From Basidiobolus meristosporus CBS 931.73 (Eukaryota > Fungi > Basidiobolomycota), in the NCBI GenBank assembly GCA_002104905.1, contig MCFE01000617.1, forward strand, positions 1 to 52,550: 52,550 bases of DNA, in the 5' to 3' direction. The stretch's first letter is position 1. Every line of letters begins with the position of its first letter. Made by a program: the position numbers and the translations under genes. Positions 49,389 through 52,550 of the stretch are shown one piece after another. The notes below the pieces were generated by a model. It worked only from the letters and a program-made list of their open reading frames with translations. It was not told the DNA's origin and ran no database searches.

Positions 49389-52300
49389 TGTTATGATCTG
49401 CCGCTTGAATGTTTAAGTTAGATCAGTCTTTAGTCAAATCAATGAGCATATGTTTAGGTTATCAGTATATCAGTGTAATCTATGAAATCAGTAGCATTAG
49501 TCAGCAAATGAATCAGCAGATCCTTATCAGACAGAAATAGATATATTAAGTAGGATCTTATTGGGTGATGATGATGCAATCAAATGGGTCATCAGCCACA
49601 ACCTACAATAGGAAATACAATTAGTCAGCAATTGATCTGGCAAAATGTATTTAAGGAGCTGCTGGAACCTCAATAAAAATCAGTTCAAGTTTTAGTGAAT
49701 ACAATACTAGCTAAACTTCCTATTCCTCTACAACTCTTATACCAACACTTGTAACATTGGTAGCAGCAATAACCAGAAATCTCCCTCCTGAAGAAAGAAG
49801 AAACCACCCTCAAGATGTTGGACAATCAAGAATGGAAGAATGCCATGCAGCAAATCCTGGCCCAACAGCAACAGTTACTCCAGATCCTCAGCCAACAGCA
49901 ACAAGGAATGACTACCATGGCTCAGAACCAGCAAAGCCCTGTTAAGAGCAACTTTAGTGTGAAGGTCAACCGGTACCATGGCAGAGTCAATGAAAACCTG
50001 GGAATTTGGCTCTTTCAGATTGAAGAAGCTTTTAAAGCTAAAGGAATTGCTCCAGAAAGCAAGTTGCATTATGCAGCTTCTTACCTGGCAGATGCAGCTT
50101 TACAGTGGTACCACAACAAGTTCAGGTTGGCCACTATGATGGGATGCTCTACAATCTCTACCTGGGATGAGTTTGTGTTGGAAATACAGGATGCTTTTGA
50201 ACCTCCACACCAGTAGACACTACTAAGAAGGAAGTTAAAGACACTCAGACAGTAAGGAATGGTCCAAGAGTATATCTATGAATATAGATGTCTACCTGAG
50301 CAAATTAAAAGAATGAACCCTCTGGATCAAGTTGAATACTTTATTGATGGGTTGAAAGAAAGAACTTGCAAGGAAGTGAGTTACCAAAGACCTCAGACTA
50401 TTGAAGAAGCCATCAAGATTGCCATTGACTATGACTCAGCTATGTTTGGAGTTGGGAAGCCTACAGTGACTAATCAGAAAGGCTACAATCATTATGAAAG
50501 AAGAGAATCAGAAGCAGTACCAATGGAAATAGACGCTATGCAGAAGAATCCTACCTCAGAAGAATGTAAGAAGAAAGGACTTTGCTTCAATTGCCACCAG
50601 CAAGGACATATTGCAAAGTAATACCCTCAGAGAAGAAATGGACACCAGCCAACAAGAACCTTCAACCATATTGAGTCCCATGAACACAGTAATGTGGAAG
50701 ATGAGCTTGAAGAAGACTTGGAACTCACCTTCCATATGACAGAAGAGTACTTGTCCCAAATGACCTCAAACTCAGGGAAGTTATTGTACTTGAATGGAGT
50801 AATCAATGGAGTACCTGCCAAGATCATGATTGACTCAGGAGTATTGCATGAGTACATGTCTGAGCAATTTGCCTTGAAAGCTGGAATCAACTTGGAACCT
50901 ACCAAATCAACTTCAGTCTCCACAGCTGATGAGAACTCCCATATAATCAACCGTATTACCCAGCCAGTAAGAATGAAGATTGATGACTATGAAGAAGACC
51001 TACAGGCTTATATATTTGGGAACTGCAAGTTTGACCTTGTACTTGGAAAAACCTGGCTATTTTGTTGTAATCCATCAATCAACTGGAGTACTCATGCTAC
51101 TCAGATCCAAAAAGACAACAAGACCTATGAGCTATTACCTGCCAGGCTGGATTTCAACTTGGTCAATTCCAGTGTGTGTGAGACAAGTGAACTTAGCAAG
51201 ACCCAGTTCTGTAGAGCACTTATAAAAGGTACTGAGATGTTCCTCATGGCGGTATTACAGGAGGATTCCTCTACCCCAGCACCCCAGCAGGTCCAGACTC
51301 TCTTGAAGAAGTATTCAGACGTGTTCCCAGATGAGCTTGTAAGCCTACCACCAGTCAGAGACGTGGATCATGCCATTGACACAGGAAATAGCCCTCCAGT
51401 GAGCAAGACACCTTACAGAATGAGTCCATTGGAATTGGAGGAAATGAAGAGACAAATTGATCAGCTATTGGAGCAAGGATACATCAGGCCCAGCAAGTCA
51501 CTCTGGGGAGCACCAGTGCTTTTTGTGAAAAAGAAGGATGGAACACTTAGGATGTGCATTGTCTACAGAGCCCTGAACTCAGTTACCGTCAAGAATAAGT
51601 ACCCCATACCTTGGATTGATGAGCTTTTGGACCAACTTAATGGAGCCACTATTTTCAGCAAGATTGACCTCATGTCAGGATACAACCAAATTAGGGTGAA
51701 ACCAGAAGATATTCCTATGACAGCATTTAGGACCAGATATGGACATTACAAGTACTTAGTCATGAGTTTTGGCCTCACTAATGCCCCTGCAACATTCATG
51801 ATGCTGATGCAGACTGTCTTTCAGGAGTACTTAGACAAGTTTGTGATAATATACCTGGATGACATATTGATATACAGAAAGACAGAACAGGATCACATGG
51901 TGCACATTGAAAAGGTCTTGAAGAACTAAGAGAGAACAAGCTATATGGCAAGCTAGCCAAGTGTGAATACTTCAAGGAACACATTGAATACCTGGGACAC
52001 ATAGTGACCAGCACAGGAGTGACCTTAGACCCTAAGAAGGTTGAAGTTATCACAAATTTGAAGCAGCCCCATAGCATATCAGAACTCAGATCATTCCTTG
52101 GAATGGTTTCCTATTATTGGAGATTTGTCAAGTCTTTTGCAAGTATTGCAGCCCCTTTAACTGATATCCTTAAGAATGACAATACCTACACGTGGGACAT
52201 AGCTTGTGAGACTGCCTTCCAAATGCTCAAGAATGAACTTGCTAAGCTGCCAAGCTTAAGAATACCAGACTTCAGAAAAGAGTTCACTCTGCGCACAGAT

Positions 52301-52550
52301 GCTTCAGATTATGCAATTGGTGGAGTGCTGAGCCAAGTACACAAGGGAAAGGACTACCCTGTTGCCTTTGAGTCCAAGAAACTGAACTCAGCAGAACAAA
52401 ACTTTCCAGTCCATGAGAAGGAGATGCTTGCTATAACACACTGTTTGAAGACATGGAGATGCTATATTGAAGGAGTTAAAAGCACTGTGAAGACCAATCA
52501 TGCCTCCCTCAAGTATATATTTACTCAGAAGGTACTCTCTAGAAGAATGA
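49389..52550 (+). mobile_element. Ty3/Gypsy element F, runs off the window
   Basis: LTR 49389-49756, PBS TTGGTAGCAGC at 49757, gag 49815-50621 (CFNCHQQGH), PR-RT ORF 50694-51929 (IDSG, YLDD), RNase H to the window end. Stops and frameshifts present. Confidence 0.95.

Noticed and set aside
1-52550. Neurospora-type RIP
   Set aside because: CpA remains abundant and the loss is specific to CpG, which fits 5mC deamination or CpG-directed mutation better.

Overview
Eukaryotic DNA, most likely fungal (inferred from the forkhead subfamily, intronless compact gene and TE types; no species can be assigned). The only recognisable host gene is a single-exon, FHA-less Fkh1/Fkh2-like forkhead transcription factor (6393-7559, +). 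It sits in a ~4.9-kb CpG-retaining island (~5320-10170) that also holds a dense cluster of forkhead (GTAAACA) and MCB/SCB-like (ACGCG) motifs downstream of the gene. Nearly all the rest is CpG-depleted nested transposon DNA. (i) A Ty1/Copia family with ~349-bp LTRs, a half-tRNAiMet PBS and 5-bp TSDs: two TSD-bounded two-LTR copies (14953-19632, 22271-28224), nested truncated copies and several solo LTRs, plus a related LTR subfamily. (ii) A CMC/CACTA (En/Spm)-type DNA transposon family with CCCTATGAAAA termini, a Transposase_21-type ORF and an oppositely oriented ORF2 with 69-aa repeats. (iii) Ty3/Gypsy elements with 368-bp LTRs and a tRNAiMet PBS, plus solo LTRs of a second long-LTR family with 4-bp TSDs. 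All TE coding regions are disrupted except a 436-codon Copia gag-PR stretch. Boundaries were read by eye; TSD-supported ones are exact, the others approximate.
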